Virus record (IMG/VR): IMGVR_UViG_3300049919_000418
Coordinates: 86,928 to 150,927 of that record
Length of the DNA: 64,000 nt
From: a virus
Lineage: Duplodnaviria; Heunggongvirae; Uroviricota; Caudoviricetes
Reading direction: 5' to 3' (one strand)
The notes beneath the pieces are model-generated. The model searched no databases. It saw only the letters and a program-made list of their open reading frames with translations, and was not told the origin of the DNA. The position numbers were made by a program, and so were the translations under genes. Of this stretch, positions 50,292-60,563 are shown in pieces; position 1 is the stretch's first letter; each line of letters begins with the position of its first letter.

Positions 50292-50603
50292 ATGGTAAAA
50301 ATAACTAAGGTGGCGATTGCGCCAGACGCAGAATTCAAAACAGCCGATTGGAAAAATTGGGTTTGCGGGCAGGAAAACGAGGGGCAAAGTCCGCCGATTG
50401 ACTATACGGTGAAGGGTAAACTTGCTTGGCCAATCGAGGAGGGAAATACAATTCACCTTCACAGAACCGAGCGAAACGGAATACAGTCTTTAGGTATTTT
50501 TGTAAGCAGCAAGATTTTGCAAATCGCTTCGAATGAGCGGGCAAAGGTGGTTATAACGAGAAACAGCGTATATCTTTGCGAAGAAATTGCCGACGAAGAT
50601 TAA
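50292..50603 (+). CDS. hypothetical protein
   Basis: ATG 50292 within ORF-track 50166..50603, avoids overlap. Confidence 0.35.
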   Translation: MVKITKVAIAPDAEFKTADWKNWVCGQENEGQSPPIDYTVKGKLAWPIEEGNTIHLHRTERNGIQSLGIFVSSKILQIASNERAKVVITRNSVYLCEEIADED

Positions 50604-50644
50604 ATAATCGTTGACGAGCGGGCGAAAATGCGTATTCTCAGCGC

Positions 50645-52618
50645 ATGGAGTTACAGAAAACAACAATAGAGGGATCATTAGACAAATGCGTAATGGGCAT
50701 CGCAACAAGTGGGTTGGGTCAAATGTCAATGATGCTTCGGGATCAAATTTATTCAAACAAGAATATGGCCGTTGCTCGCGAATTCATCACAAACGCGGTT
50801 GACGAGCATATAACCCACCAAATTTCGCGCTCACCTCTTATTCACGTTCCCTCGCCGGAAGAGCCGTGGTTTTCGGTTAGAGATTTTGCGAAAGGGCTGG
50901 CGAAAGAAGACGTTTTTAATGTTTTCTTTCAATACTTCACCAGCACAAAGAAAAACGATAAAAAAACAGGAGGTTTCTTTGGGCTGGGATCTAAGGTTTG
51001 GGCGGCGATTTCCCAAACTGTTGTTGTAACTTCGTGGCACGAGGGAATTAAAAGCGTTTACGCTGGGGTGATTATTGATAGCCACTCTGAGGGACATTTA
51101 AATAGTCAAGACCCTTCGGATGAAGAATCGGGCATTGAAGTTTTAATCAATTTGCCGGAAAATAAGATTTATAATTTTAATAGTAATTTTTATGAATTCT
51201 ATAAAGCGTATCGACACTATCACAATCTTGAGGTTGTTAACCTTTTGGCTGAGCAGGTTGAAAGCGAATTCGTAAAGCGGATTTACAACGGATACCTTGT
51301 GCAAGGCGACAAGGTTTACGGGCAAAACGACAAAGTTCTTTACAAAGGGGTGGTTTATTCTTTGCCATGGACCTTGGACGAAAACGGGTATAGAACTTCT
51401 TCAGTTTTCAAAATCGAGGATCACGTTTCGCTGGATCTTCATCCCTCCCGTGAGCGATTGCAGGAAAGCGAAAAAAACAAAGACGTAATCGGTGTTTTGT
51501 TTGAAGCTGCAAAGAACAAAACCGTTGCGGATTTTGAATCCAAAATTCCATCCGACTTTTTTGAACGGTGGGTTTTTTGCTGCGAGCATAAAAATTATAT
51601 TATATTTCTTCGCAATCGCGGCGCGAAGCATATTCAAAAAATTCCCGATGAGATTGTTATAGGATCAAAGAATGATTTTTGGTTTTACTCCAAGCAAAAC
51701 GGAAAGCTGAAAAGGCGCAAGGATAAATGGAGCGGCGAATCGTCAGTATCGATTTTATCTTCAAACAGCACAAAAAGAATTCATTTTATTTCTCAAACCG
51801 TGATTGGCTCGGGAATTGAGAGAACGCTTGATGCGCTTTTTGGTGGAAGCTATACAATTGCTTGTCCCCGCAAAGACGTTGAGCCAAGCACGTTTGCTGA
51901 TCTTCAAGCGATTTGCGAAAGCGTTGGCGAGGGATACTCAAATTTCGTTGTAGATCAAAGCCACCTGCAACCAACAAAAGCGCCCCGAATCGTTCAAACC
52001 AAGGAAGCACAGGTTGGCGACGTTCGAGCCTTCATTTTTGGAGTGGGAAACTTCGGAACCGGAAGCTTTGAAAAGATAACTTTTAAATATAAAAATAGTA
52101 ATTATCAAAATAACAATAAATTTTATTGGGTGCCGATTTCAGGCAATGGAGACATTCAGATTAAAGGGTTTACCTCTTCTCAGATTATGGAATGCGAGAA
52201 GTTTTTGGGTTGTAAAATCTTGGGATTGAATCGCAACAATCGCGATGGACTTCCCGACAATTGCATTTCAGCGGTTCCAATTTTAAAGGCTATGCGCCGC
52301 AATGCACACAAAGCGGTTGATTGGAGTCTCAATAAGATTGTCTGCCCGTATCCTTTCGATAGATCGAATTTTAAGTTTTTAGGACTGTATCGTGCATTAG
52401 GTGATGAAGACAAAGTGACATGGCCATTTAAACCCCATGCAAAAAAGGTTAGAACGCGTTCTGATGTTTTGGAAAACAATGAAAAAGTTAAAAAAATAAA
52501 AGAACTGGCGGCGACGAACGTTACCTTTTACGCCTACTCACAAGCATTAAAAAATAGTTCAGATTTCGCTGGACAGATTGAGGATGCGATGCTAGAACTT
52601 ATTCGTAGCGATTCATAG
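50645..52618 (+). CDS. GHKL (HATPase_c)-type ATPase domain protein, 657 aa
   Basis: N-box EFITNAVDE, G1 RDFAKGL, G2 GGFFGLGSK in N-terminal 110 aa. Confidence 0.45.
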   Translation: MELQKTTIEGSLDKCVMGIATSGLGQMSMMLRDQIYSNKNMAVAREFITNAVDEHITHQISRSPLIHVPSPEEPWFSVRDFAKGLAKEDVFNVFFQYFTSTKKNDKKTGGFFGLGSKVWAAISQTVVVTSWHEGIKSVYAGVIIDSHSEGHLNSQDPSDEESGIEVLINLPENKIYNFNSNFYEFYKAYRHYHNLEVVNLLAEQVESEFVKRIYNGYLVQGDKVYGQNDKVLYKGVVYSLPWTLDENGYRTSSVFKIEDHVSLDLHPSRERLQESEKNKDVIGVLFEAAKNKTVADFESKIPSDFFERWVFCCEHKNYIIFLRNRGAKHIQKIPDEIVIGSKNDFWFYSKQNGKLKRRKDKWSGESSVSILSSNSTKRIHFISQTVIGSGIERTLDALFGGSYTIACPRKDVEPSTFADLQAICESVGEGYSNFVVDQSHLQPTKAPRIVQTKEAQVGDVRAFIFGVGNFGTGSFEKITFKYKNSNYQNNNKFYWVPISGNGDIQIKGFTSSQIMECEKFLGCKILGLNRNNRDGLPDNCISAVPILKAMRRNAHKAVDWSLNKIVCPYPFDRSNFKFLGLYRALGDEDKVTWPFKPHAKKVRTRSDVLENNEKVKKIKELAATNVTFYAYSQALKNSSDFAGQIEDAMLELIRSDS

Positions 52619-52640
52619 GGAACAAATAACAAACAAAAAA

Positions 52641-53636
52641 ATGAAAATATTCGGAACAAATCATATCTCGCTCTTTTCGGGCGGCAAGCAATACCAACTA
52701 GAAGATTCTGATCCTCGCTACGTAGAAGGTTACGGTCTGCTTTCGGGCGGGCGGGAAAGTGAATTTATTTCTCTTTTTAACACTTCACTCGAAAAGATTG
52801 TTGAGAAGCAGGTTGACGATTTTATTGTCGAGAACGGCAATCTTACGTATCACCACTTTGAAATTAAAGGCGCACTAATGAACAAGATTCTTGCGCTTAA
52901 AAAGGCTGGGCTAAGCACAGCGCCGTTTGTCCTTTTCTGCCAGAGATTGCTTTTGAATCCCTCTAATTCGGCAGTTTTGGAGCTTTTCGATTTCCTTTCG
53001 TATCGCGCCCTACCAATTACAGAAGACGGATTCTTCTTGGCTTACAAAGGAGTGAATAACACTTATTTCAGCGTAAACGGAAACGTCAAAACAGTTGTTT
53101 TGGAAGGCGAGGTTGATGCGGGCGGGCATATTTTAAATTCAATTGGAGCGAAGATTTCCATTGAGCGCAATTGCGTTACAGATGATCGAAACAACGATTG
53201 TGGACCGGGATTGCACGCTGGATCTTTGGATTACGCGAAAGGCTGGGGGCAAAGAGTAATTGTAATTAAAATCGATCCCAAGGATGCCGTTAGTGTTCCT
53301 TTGGGCGACCGATGCCAAAAGCTGCGGTGTTGCGCTTACGAAGTCATTGCGGATTTTCAAAAGGAAATTGTCTCGCCTTCCGTGACAATCGAGAAGTCTG
53401 AAGTTTTAGGAAAAACCGAAAATACGATTGTCGAAGATGTTTCAGAAGAAACCCGAATTGTCAAGCGAATTCGCAATTACCTAGCAACCAAAGCGGCACT
53501 TGGCCTAGACTTTGTGAGGGTTAAAGCGGTTCGGGGGAGCCTTAGTCCTGCCAAAATCAGCAAAGAAGAGGCTGAGCGAATCATTAAAAGCAACGGTTAC
53601 AAGTTGGATTCCGAGGGGAACGTTATCTTTTTATAG
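52641..53636 (+). CDS. hypothetical protein, partner of GHKL ATPase
   Basis: 331-aa ORF 22 nt downstream. Confidence 0.4.
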   Translation: MKIFGTNHISLFSGGKQYQLEDSDPRYVEGYGLLSGGRESEFISLFNTSLEKIVEKQVDDFIVENGNLTYHHFEIKGALMNKILALKKAGLSTAPFVLFCQRLLLNPSNSAVLELFDFLSYRALPITEDGFFLAYKGVNNTYFSVNGNVKTVVLEGEVDAGGHILNSIGAKISIERNCVTDDRNNDCGPGLHAGSLDYAKGWGQRVIVIKIDPKDAVSVPLGDRCQKLRCCAYEVIADFQKEIVSPSVTIEKSEVLGKTENTIVEDVSEETRIVKRIRNYLATKAALGLDFVRVKAVRGSLSPAKISKEEAERIIKSNGYKLDSEGNVIFL

Positions 53637-53639
53637 GAA

Positions 53640-54083
53640 ATGTTAAAAAATACAATTAACGCCGACCTTGTAGCGGCGATGAAAGAACGTAACGCGTTGA
53701 AATGTAACGTGTTGCGGGTTGTCAAGGGTGCAATCGCGGCGGCTGAAAAAGAAGCAAAAAATGCGGAGCTTTCGGACCTTGACACGGTGAGCATTATTCG
53801 CAAAGAATCCAAAAAGCGAGAGGATTCTATCCAATTGTTCGAGTCGGGCGGAAGGTATGAGCTGGCGGACGTAGAACGAAAGGAAAAGGAAATCCTCGCT
53901 CTTTACCTCCCCACCGAAATTACCCCCGAGAACCTTGATATTTTGGTTGACTTAATAATCAAGGAGCTTCAAGCTACGGGCAAGAAGGATATGGGGAAAG
54001 TGATCAAGGAGACTGTTTTGCGTGTTAACGGCGCGGCAGATAACAAAACCATTTCGTCTGCTGTCACCCAAAAATTAAAATAA
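53640..54083 (+). CDS. GatB/YqeY domain protein
   Basis: whole-length similarity to YqeY as recalled (ADLVAAMKERN..VKGAI..E..K). Confidence 0.5.
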   Translation: MLKNTINADLVAAMKERNALKCNVLRVVKGAIAAAEKEAKNAELSDLDTVSIIRKESKKREDSIQLFESGGRYELADVERKEKEILALYLPTEITPENLDILVDLIIKELQATGKKDMGKVIKETVLRVNGAADNKTISSAVTQKLK

Positions 54084-54295
54084 AAACACACCCATGTTGG
54101 TTAACCTTGAAGAACTGAAAGCCCACCTTAAAACTCTGCTGCCCGGATTTGAATCCGGTGATCGAAAAGTAGCCGAGGAAGATAAAAAAAGCGTAGATAT
54201 TGTGCTTGATATTTACCTTTGGGCGGAAGCCCGTGGGGAAGAATTAAAATTAGAGCAAAAAAATAATAAGCCAAAAAAGATTAGGAAGTTGAAGG

Positions 54296-54865
54296 ATGAA
54301 GCCGCTTAAAAGTAATTTAAAAAATATATTAATTATTGCCGCCGCGATTGCCGCGCCGTTAATGATGCTCATGTCTGAAGACGCCATTGCGGCGGCTTCG
54401 ACAACGATTAACCTTCAATGGAATGCTAATCCAGAGGAGGAGCAGGTTACAAGCTATGAGGTTTCTATCGGGATTTCGCCGGGTGTTTACTCTAGCACCT
54501 ACATCGCTTCAACCCCGTCGTATTCGGTTGGGTTGGCCGATGGGCTTTATTACGCTTCTGTCAAGGCTCGAAACGTAAAAGGACTTTCCCCAGCAAGTGG
54601 GGAAATCTCTTTCAGAATTGGGCAGCCGCAGTTCTCTTTAGTAATTCAGCGTGCGTCAACAAATGGCCAGACTTGGACCACGAACACGACAATTACATCC
54701 ACGCTTTACGATCCATCACCAAAAAGGTTTTGGAGGATGAAACTAACTGATACTCAGGCGATTGTGGAAACCTCTACCGATTTGATCAACTGGAGCACAC
54801 TTCAAACAATCGCTTCAACGGGCGCGAACACGCGGCTTTGGAGAATTAATTTAAATAAATTGTAA
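54296..54865 (+). CDS. secreted fibronectin-type-III-like protein
   Basis: signal peptide MKPLKSNLKNILIIAAAIAAPLMML; NLQWNANPEEEQVTSYEVSIG FN3-like. Confidence 0.35.
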   Translation: MKPLKSNLKNILIIAAAIAAPLMMLMSEDAIAAASTTINLQWNANPEEEQVTSYEVSIGISPGVYSSTYIASTPSYSVGLADGLYYASVKARNVKGLSPASGEISFRIGQPQFSLVIQRASTNGQTWTTNTTITSTLYDPSPKRFWRMKLTDTQAIVETSTDLINWSTLQTIASTGANTRLWRINLNKL

Positions 54866-56138
54866 TGTTTACTGAAAACTTTCACGATTACGATTTCTCA
54901 GGACGGCACGGACTTGTTGTTAATATAAATTATGGACATAAGGAGGGCGCGGAAAAAATAGCGCAAAGCATGAAGGATGGGGGTTTTTGCGAAAACGATG
55001 TTGAATTTATTTTCAACCCTAAACCCGATATTTGGATCTACGTTTGGCCCGATGGTGTAACAGTAGATATGCCTAACATTATTGGGGTTGCTTCAAGATT
55101 CCCCCAATATTGGCGCGTCGAAACCCTTCACAATTACATTCGAAATGAATCCAAACAATAAAAAGTTAGTTAGCCCGAAACCTTCATGCCTCAACGCTTA
55201 TCAAATCACCTGCGAGAATTCGCTTGACGAGTTTTTAACGAATGAGGTGAGAGAGTTCGATTCAATTCATAAAACGGGAAAGTTTGTAAAAGTTAGCTTT
55301 GGCGGCAAGAAACTTTTTAGTTTTGAATTTGGGGAATGGTTAGTTGTCTTTTCTGACAACAATATTAAAAATTACAACAACGATGAACTCTTGGAAAACT
55401 TTACTTTTGTGGTTTAATCTCAGGAAACTGATCAGGTCGAGGGCGAGATACCTTCGTCTTATTTCAGGTATGGAGAATACACATTTTAAATCAAAATGCG
55501 ATCTTCCGGAATTGTTGGAAGCAACCATTAATACGCGCAAAACCTACCAACAAAATGCGATTGTGCTTGACGGACAGGGGTTTCACAAAATTTCAGATCA
55601 ATTTACGATTCTAAAGGAAGTCACACGAGACATTGAAGCAATTATAAGAACTTGGACAGAGGGGGACGAAACAGATGGCGACCGAAACATTACTTGAAAT
55701 CTGCCTTTTTGGCGGCGCGGCAGACGGCGCGACAGCCGCAATTGAAAATTGCAAAGAAAGAGTGAGGATTGGAACAAATCAATATTCCGACAGTTTTTTT
55801 GTTGACAAGGATGGGCGGGCAATCTATTACGCAAGCAAAGGACCGGGAAGGCTTACTCCGGGATATATTAAAAAGCTATTTAAAGAAGATTAAATCATGA
55901 TTCGCTGGAAAAACAAAAACAAGGAATTCAGGAAAGCCTTGGACGAGGAAGAGATTGAGGAAGCGTTGATGCCATTTCGCGCCCAACTTCAAAGACTCGC
56001 CGAGGAAAACAAGGGGGTTAAGGGCTACAGCGTTAAAGTTGCGTATAGGGAAACGCGGGCAGTTCTTTTGGAGGAACTGAGGATTAATTTTGCTTTACTG
56101 GATGCGGCGGCGTACGAAGAGAATATTTTGATTAAAAA

Positions 56139-56280
56139 ATGAAAACTAATAAAATTGGAGCGGCAGCCCCTCTTGAATCTCTGCCGAACGTCAAATGTCC
56201 GCCCACGGGCGCGAACAAAAAGGAGATTGAACCGCAACAGGAAAGCTTATCGCCCGTTGGTACGCGACAGCTTGTTGTGC
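56139..56280 (+). repeat. attC-like repeat A1 (leader 56139-56182; 98-bp core 56183-56280, GCCGAAC...GTTGTGC)
   Basis: core identical in length and near-identical in sequence to A2/A4/A5. Confidence 0.65.
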
Positions 56281-56409
56281 CTTCTTCATTTTTGTGGGAA
56301 AGGATGCTTAAGGAACAGCCATGGGCGGAAGCTGAAGCAAAGGTAATAAATGCGGACGATGAGGTTCTAAAATATATCCTTGATAACGGAAGGGGCTTCC
56401 CGTCCGAAA

Positions 56410-56862
56410 TCACACAGATTCAGTTGTGTCGGAACATTCAGAAGTTGGTAAATCAAATGGAAGACCCACGGATGAGTAAAAATCCAGAGCATCTTGAGAA
56501 CAAGGCCAGTGCTCTAAAAGAGCTTCGCGAAAGTATGGACCATCCATCCTATATTGTGAATCCCCCACGGGAACCTTAAGCTTGGAAATCGTAAAATGGT
56601 AAATATTCACGCTATCTTCGCCCTTGTCTGTGTTTGGATTAGGTTCGTGCGCCAGAAAATCAATCCCGACAATCGCCAAATTCTTATTGAGAACCTTTGG
56701 AGTCACGCAACAACCGCTGGCGTAAACGGCAAACAAATCATCCTTGCGATGGACACGGGGAAGATTATCCCAACGGGCAGGAGGGATATCGTGAATCTGC
56801 CAATCCTGCAAACCCCTCAATGAACTAAAAAGATCTTCTGTTAAATAATAGGACTTGGACAT
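56410..56862 (-). CDS. hypothetical protein (array cassette ORF)
   Basis: 150-aa ORF with ATG; start abuts repeat A2. Confidence 0.45.
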   Translation of the reverse strand: MSKSYYLTEDLFSSLRGLQDWQIHDIPPARWDNLPRVHRKDDLFAVYASGCCVTPKVLNKNLAIVGIDFLAHEPNPNTDKGEDSVNIYHFTISKLKVPVGDSQYRMDGPYFREALLEHWPCSQDALDFYSSVGLPFDLPTSECSDTTESV

Positions 56863-56865
56863 AAT

Positions 56866-57016
56866 ATGAAAACTAATAAATTAAAATTAAACGCCGCCGA
56901 AAAGGAATCTTCGTTTCTGCACAACGTCAAATGTCCGCCCACGGGCGCGATTGAAAAAGTGGTTGAATCGAAACAGGAAAGCTTATCGCCCGTTGGTGCG
57001 CGACAGCTTGTTGTGC
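56866..57016 (+). repeat. attC-like repeat A2 (leader 56866-56918; 98-bp core 56919-57016, GCACAAC...GTTGTGC)
   Basis: fills the entire gap between two minus-strand ORFs. Confidence 0.7.
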
Positions 57017-57058
57017 CTTCTTCATTTTCTTCTGTGGGTGGAACTCCATACACAATGC

Positions 57059-57535
57059 TCATGGGGATACAGGGAGCGCAAAAACAAGGTCGGTTATTCG
57101 AATCGCCTCTGGACCCTCTAAGGGGAAAGAATCTTTCACTGTTTGGCGTCCCTCCCCATTGCCTTCTTCGCTATACTTCGACAAAAGGTGAACCTGTCCC
57201 TCCCGAACATCATCTACAATCCATCCGTGACATGATGAACCATCACGGTTCAAACAATACAAACCAACTATTCGTCCCGACTTCAGTTCTTCTTGAAGAC
57301 GGTCGAGAAATGATTGGCCTGTGGATTGATCGTGGATCTGGAAATGTAACCCCTCAATATCTTGGTCACGAAAATGCGTTAAGCCCACGTTCTCGTCCCG
57401 ATACTTATGCTGAAGATCGTAGAAACCCATCGGCACCTTCTCATATGCCTTCAGAATCATCTCAATCAACGACGGCGAGCATGAAGCAAGATACTTTTGG
57501 TGGTGCTGGTCAACAACTTGAGAGATTGGAATCAT
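57059..57535 (-). CDS. hypothetical protein (array cassette ORF)
   Basis: ORF-track 57059..57574 trimmed to internal ATG (MIPISQ). Confidence 0.4.
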   Translation of the reverse strand: MIPISQVVDQHHQKYLASCSPSLIEMILKAYEKVPMGFYDLQHKYRDENVGLTHFRDQDIEGLHFQIHDQSTGQSFLDRLQEELKSGRIVGLYCLNRDGSSCHGWIVDDVREGQVHLLSKYSEEGNGEGRQTVKDSFPLEGPEAIRITDLVFALPVSP

Positions 57536-57647
57536 TGGAGTCTTCGTTTCTGCACAACGTCCCAGAGCACGCACCGCCGCCCCTGAGTGGCGAGGGCGTT
57601 GAAACTGAACCGCTTATGGGCGGTTGTTGTGTCTCGCCTTGTTCGGC
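57531..57647 (+). repeat. attC-like repeat B2 (partial leader; 96-bp core 57552-57647, GCACAAC...GTTCGGC)
   Basis: B-type middle GAGCACGCACCGCCGCC..GGCGGTTGTTGTGTCTCG. Confidence 0.65.
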
Positions 57648-57748
57648 TTCTTGTCTTCGACTGGAGATTGTTGATTCAAAAGACGGCGCAGCGATAACAT
57701 GGGTAGAGATAAAAGTAGGGGCGATAAGCCGTGAAACGGTGAGAATGG

Positions 57749-58096
57749 TTAAGGCGTTCGAAATTCTACTTCGTGATCTCCAATATAAGGAGGCAAAGTC
57801 CCGCCCCAATAGCTCGGTATATCTTCTTCAGGTTGTGTGGCCAGATGGATCGCGAAGTCCTTCACAATCTCTTGCAGAGTGGACAGCGGAACTTGAAGGC
57901 GAGCTTCGCTAAAACTCAATGTCTCTGTCGCTAATACGTTGTCGAAAATATCCACGATGATGTTCCTCGCTTGTAAATACTCGCGGAACTTCCAAACGAG
58001 GGCTTCTGGACCAATACAGGAAACGCCATCTACGTTTTCTTTGGGTTCCAGCTCTTCTTTGATTGCTTTGGCTTCTGTTATTTCTCGTTGTGTCAT
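57749..58096 (-). CDS. hypothetical protein (array cassette ORF)
   Basis: 115-aa ORF with ATG. Confidence 0.45.
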   Translation of the reverse strand: MTQREITEAKAIKEELEPKENVDGVSCIGPEALVWKFREYLQARNIIVDIFDNVLATETLSFSEARLQVPLSTLQEIVKDFAIHLATQPEEDIPSYWGGTLPPYIGDHEVEFRTP

Positions 58097-58109
58097 AAAT
58101 AAAAATAAT

Positions 58110-58245
58110 TAAATGAATAGTAATAAAATAAACGGCGCGGCAGCGCCTCTTAATATTCTGCCGAACGCTGAGCCCATCCGCGCCGGGGTGGACTCCGCTT
58201 AAAACAATACGGCTTATCGGCGTCGGATGCGGCGTCTTGTTCTGG
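58110..58245 (+). repeat. divergent attC-like repeat (leader ATGAATAGTAATAAAATAAACGGCGCGGCAGCGCC; 86-bp core 58160-58245, GCCGAAC...GTTCTGG)
   Basis: same terminal heptamer pair and GGCTTATCGG centre; dyad ATCCGCGCC/GGCGTCGGATGCGG. Confidence 0.55.
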
Positions 58246-58318
58246 GTCTTTTTGAGCTCGGAAAAGAAAGTGAAAATAAATTGAAATAGTGCTTGCGGAA
58301 AATCAAACCGTGAACTAA

Positions 58319-58365
58319 GGTCTTCTCAGTTGCAGAACGAAGCGCAACTGAACCAACCAAACAAA
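58319..58365 (+). promoter_or_regulatory. conserved island leader GGTCTTCTCAGTTGCAGAACGAAGCGCAAC + spacer + ATG (copy 2)
   Basis: near-identical to 48758..48805. Confidence 0.6.
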
Positions 58366-58821
58366 ATGCAAACCATCAAAATCCTCGCCATCGTCAAAAC
58401 CGGAACCACCGAGTCTCTGATGCGCGTCCCTCAAGTCACCGTCCGCGAGGATGGAACTCTCTGGGCCAACAACAACACGATGCCGCTCACCAATAGCAGC
58501 GGCACGCTGAACAAGGACAGCCTCCTGCCACTGATGACCGCCAAGGCATGGGACAAGATCCCCGCCGATAACTTCCTCCGCCTCGGGGTCAATCCGGGAG
58601 AAAAAGAAGCCATGGACGACAAAGACGTGGACGCCCGCCGCATCGACAGCCGGACACCGGAAGAAAAAGCAGCACACGCCGCAGCAGCGGACCGCGCCAA
58701 GAAAGCGCGTCAATACGACCTGATCCACAATGAGGGCGGAGAAGGCTACAACCCATACCGCGATCAAGCTGAAATGGTCGATAACACCCCATGGATGAAG
58801 GGCGACGACCAAGCCGACTGA
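58366..58821 (+). CDS. hypothetical protein (GC island 3)
   Basis: ATG 58366 in frame of ORF-track 58330..58821; GC-rich. Confidence 0.45.
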   Translation: MQTIKILAIVKTGTTESLMRVPQVTVREDGTLWANNNTMPLTNSSGTLNKDSLLPLMTAKAWDKIPADNFLRLGVNPGEKEAMDDKDVDARRIDSRTPEEKAAHAAAADRAKKARQYDLIHNEGGEGYNPYRDQAEMVDNTPWMKGDDQAD

Positions 58822-58850
58822 AACTCAAAACCCCAACAGAAATCACGAAA

Positions 58851-59075
58851 ATGAAAACGATAAATCTCAAGCACAGCCTCGCCAGTGGAGGAAATCTCAT
58901 GCCACAGCAAGCAGGCGCAAAGCCCGGCTATCGCAACGGCTGCATGCCCGCATGGCTCGACAACGTGGACGCATCGCAGGCCGGGAAGAATCTCTACCGC
59001 GCCGAAAACCTCACAGAAAACCAGCTCGCCACCGTACCAGACTGGTATCGCGAAAAATACTGCCAACCCTCATGA
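58851..59075 (+). CDS. hypothetical protein (GC island 3)
   Basis: ATG 58851 in frame of ORF-track 58791..59075. Confidence 0.4.
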   Translation: MKTINLKHSLASGGNLMPQQAGAKPGYRNGCMPAWLDNVDASQAGKNLYRAENLTENQLATVPDWYREKYCQPS

Positions 59076-59260
59076 CTCCAAAACCAACCAGAGGCGGAAC
59101 AAGAAAAGGCGCGGGGCGCAAGCCCCGCGATACTCCCCGCGAAGCAATCACCGTGCGGATCGAGCCGCAGGACGCGGACAAGCTGCGGGATCTCTGTAAT
59201 GCACGGGAGATGTCTCAGGCCGATTGGATCACCGAAAAAATCAGAAAGTCCCGCCAATGA
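59072..59260 (+). CDS. small Arg-rich ribbon-helix-helix-like DNA-binding protein (GC island 3)
   Basis: ATGA overlap; TVRIEPQDADKLRDLCNAREMSQADWITEKI resembles RHH (CopG/Arc) fold. Confidence 0.4.
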   Translation: MTPKPTRGGTRKGAGRKPRDTPREAITVRIEPQDADKLRDLCNAREMSQADWITEKIRKSRQ

Positions 59261-59261
59261 T

Positions 59262-59365
59262 TTCTCCCCAGAACGTTAAATGTCCGCCCACGGGCGCGAA
59301 CAAAAAGGAGGTTGAACCGCAACAGGAAAGCTTATCGCCCGTTGGCGCGTGACGCCTTGTTAGCC
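59262..59365 (+). repeat. attC-like repeat A3 (no conserved leader; 98-bp core 59268-59365, CCAGAAC...GTTAGCC)
   Basis: starts 2 nt after the RHH stop; GC island occupies the position of the usual leader. Confidence 0.65.
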
Positions 59366-59578
59366 TTCTTGAATTTCTCTTATGTATTTTTCGGTTTCAG
59401 ACTCTTCCCGGTTGGGATTTTCTTTGCATTCTTTTAATTGGTGTCTCCTAACGTCATTCTCAGATTCAGTCATCGCGCCCAAATCATCTTTTGATGTCGA
59501 TGGGTGCTGTGATAAATAACCGCAAAACTCACAAACCGCATACGCAATCTTCCCATCGGAACTATAATAGGTCTTCAT
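59360..59578 (-). CDS. hypothetical protein (array cassette ORF)
   Basis: 72-aa ORF with ATG. Confidence 0.4.
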   Translation of the reverse strand: MKTYYSSDGKIAYAVCEFCGYLSQHPSTSKDDLGAMTESENDVRRHQLKECKENPNREESETEKYIREIQEG

Positions 59579-59796
59579 AAATAAAAATAAGTAATAAAGA
59601 AAATGTATCCACTAAATAAAATCGGCCCTTACGCGGCGTTGCCGGGGAAAACCATAAAAGATGTATCGCACGAAAACGCAAAATACGGAGGGTTCCAACT
59701 TTTCTTTACGGACGGTTCGGACATTCTTTTCGATTTTCCTGACAGGGGAAGCGGGCCAACGTTGACAGCTTATCCCGGAGAGTCTTTTAATTTCTT

Positions 59797-59924
59797 GGCT
59801 AACGTCAAAGAGCACGCAACCCTATCAGCGGGAGCGAGCGTCGATCACGGGGTTGAGGTTGGAACTACGCAGGAGCATGTGAACAGGGCGGCTGATAGGG
59901 GTTGCGTGTCTCGTCTTGTTGGTT
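59797..59924 (+). repeat. attC-like repeat B3 (128-bp core, GGCTAAC...GTTGGTT, longer variable centre)
   Basis: shares AACGTCAAAGAGCACGCAA 5' block and GTGTCTCGTCTTGTT 3' block. Confidence 0.55.
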
Positions 59925-59977
59925 GCTCTTCATTTTCTTTGAACGGTTTTGTGCCGACTGGACACCCGCCGATGTAT

Positions 59978-60421
59978 TCACCTGACCAAGCAGAGGCCAT
60001 GGCACTTCTTGTCCACCCAGAATTGGTTACTAAATGAAGGGAGAAAACCTGAACTTCCATCTTGAAAAGAAGTCCACAACTGAAACGAATCAGGCGTAAT
60101 CGAATGCAAAACGCTTGCATGATTCAGCTCGCTTGAGTCGCCTTCATTGAGTGAAACATGAGACAAAACGATAACCTTGGAATCCGAGTCAAACTTGCCC
60201 CGAACCACTTCAAAATCCCACTCGTCAGAAACGCCTAAAAATCCAAGACCGCTTAAAATAATCCCAAGTTTATCGTCTTTGGGCATTCCGAAATACTCCT
60301 CGCGAAAATAAACACTGTAACTGGCGCAAAAATCTTCAATCGAGGGCAAGCCGCAAATCTCCATGATGGCTCGCGACATACATCCATACTTCTTAAATTC
60401 TTCTTTTTGATATTCGATCAT
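59978..60421 (-). CDS. hypothetical protein (array cassette ORF)
   Basis: ORF-track 59978..60442 trimmed to ATG (MIEYQKEEF). Confidence 0.45.
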   Translation of the reverse strand: MIEYQKEEFKKYGCMSRAIMEICGLPSIEDFCASYSVYFREEYFGMPKDDKLGIILSGLGFLGVSDEWDFEVVRGKFDSDSKVIVLSHVSLNEGDSSELNHASVLHSITPDSFQLWTSFQDGSSGFLPSFSNQFWVDKKCHGLCLVR

Positions 60422-60563
60422 ATTATGAAAAACAATACGCAAATTAACGACAGACTCTTAAATTCTTCAACCAACGTCAAAGAGCACGCACCGCCGCAGA
60501 AGAAAAGCGACGGGAGCGCAACTGAGGAGCTAAACGGCGGTTGCTGTGTCTCGTCTTGTTGTG
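60407..60563 (+). repeat. attC-like repeat B4 (variant leader; 96-bp core 60468-60563, AACCAAC...GTTGTGC)
   Basis: B-type middle. Confidence 0.65.

Noticed and set aside
50166-50603. 145-aa ORF starting at 50166
   Set aside because: Overlaps the 3' end of the histidine-phosphatase gene by 116 nt. An in-frame ATG at 50292 gives a non-overlapping 103-aa product.
56866-57912. 348-aa + strand ORF as a real multi-repeat protein
   Set aside because: It runs through two repeat copies and fully overlaps two compact minus-strand ORFs. Its composition is low-complexity (Ser/Pro/Gly-rich read-through of GC-rich repeat cores).
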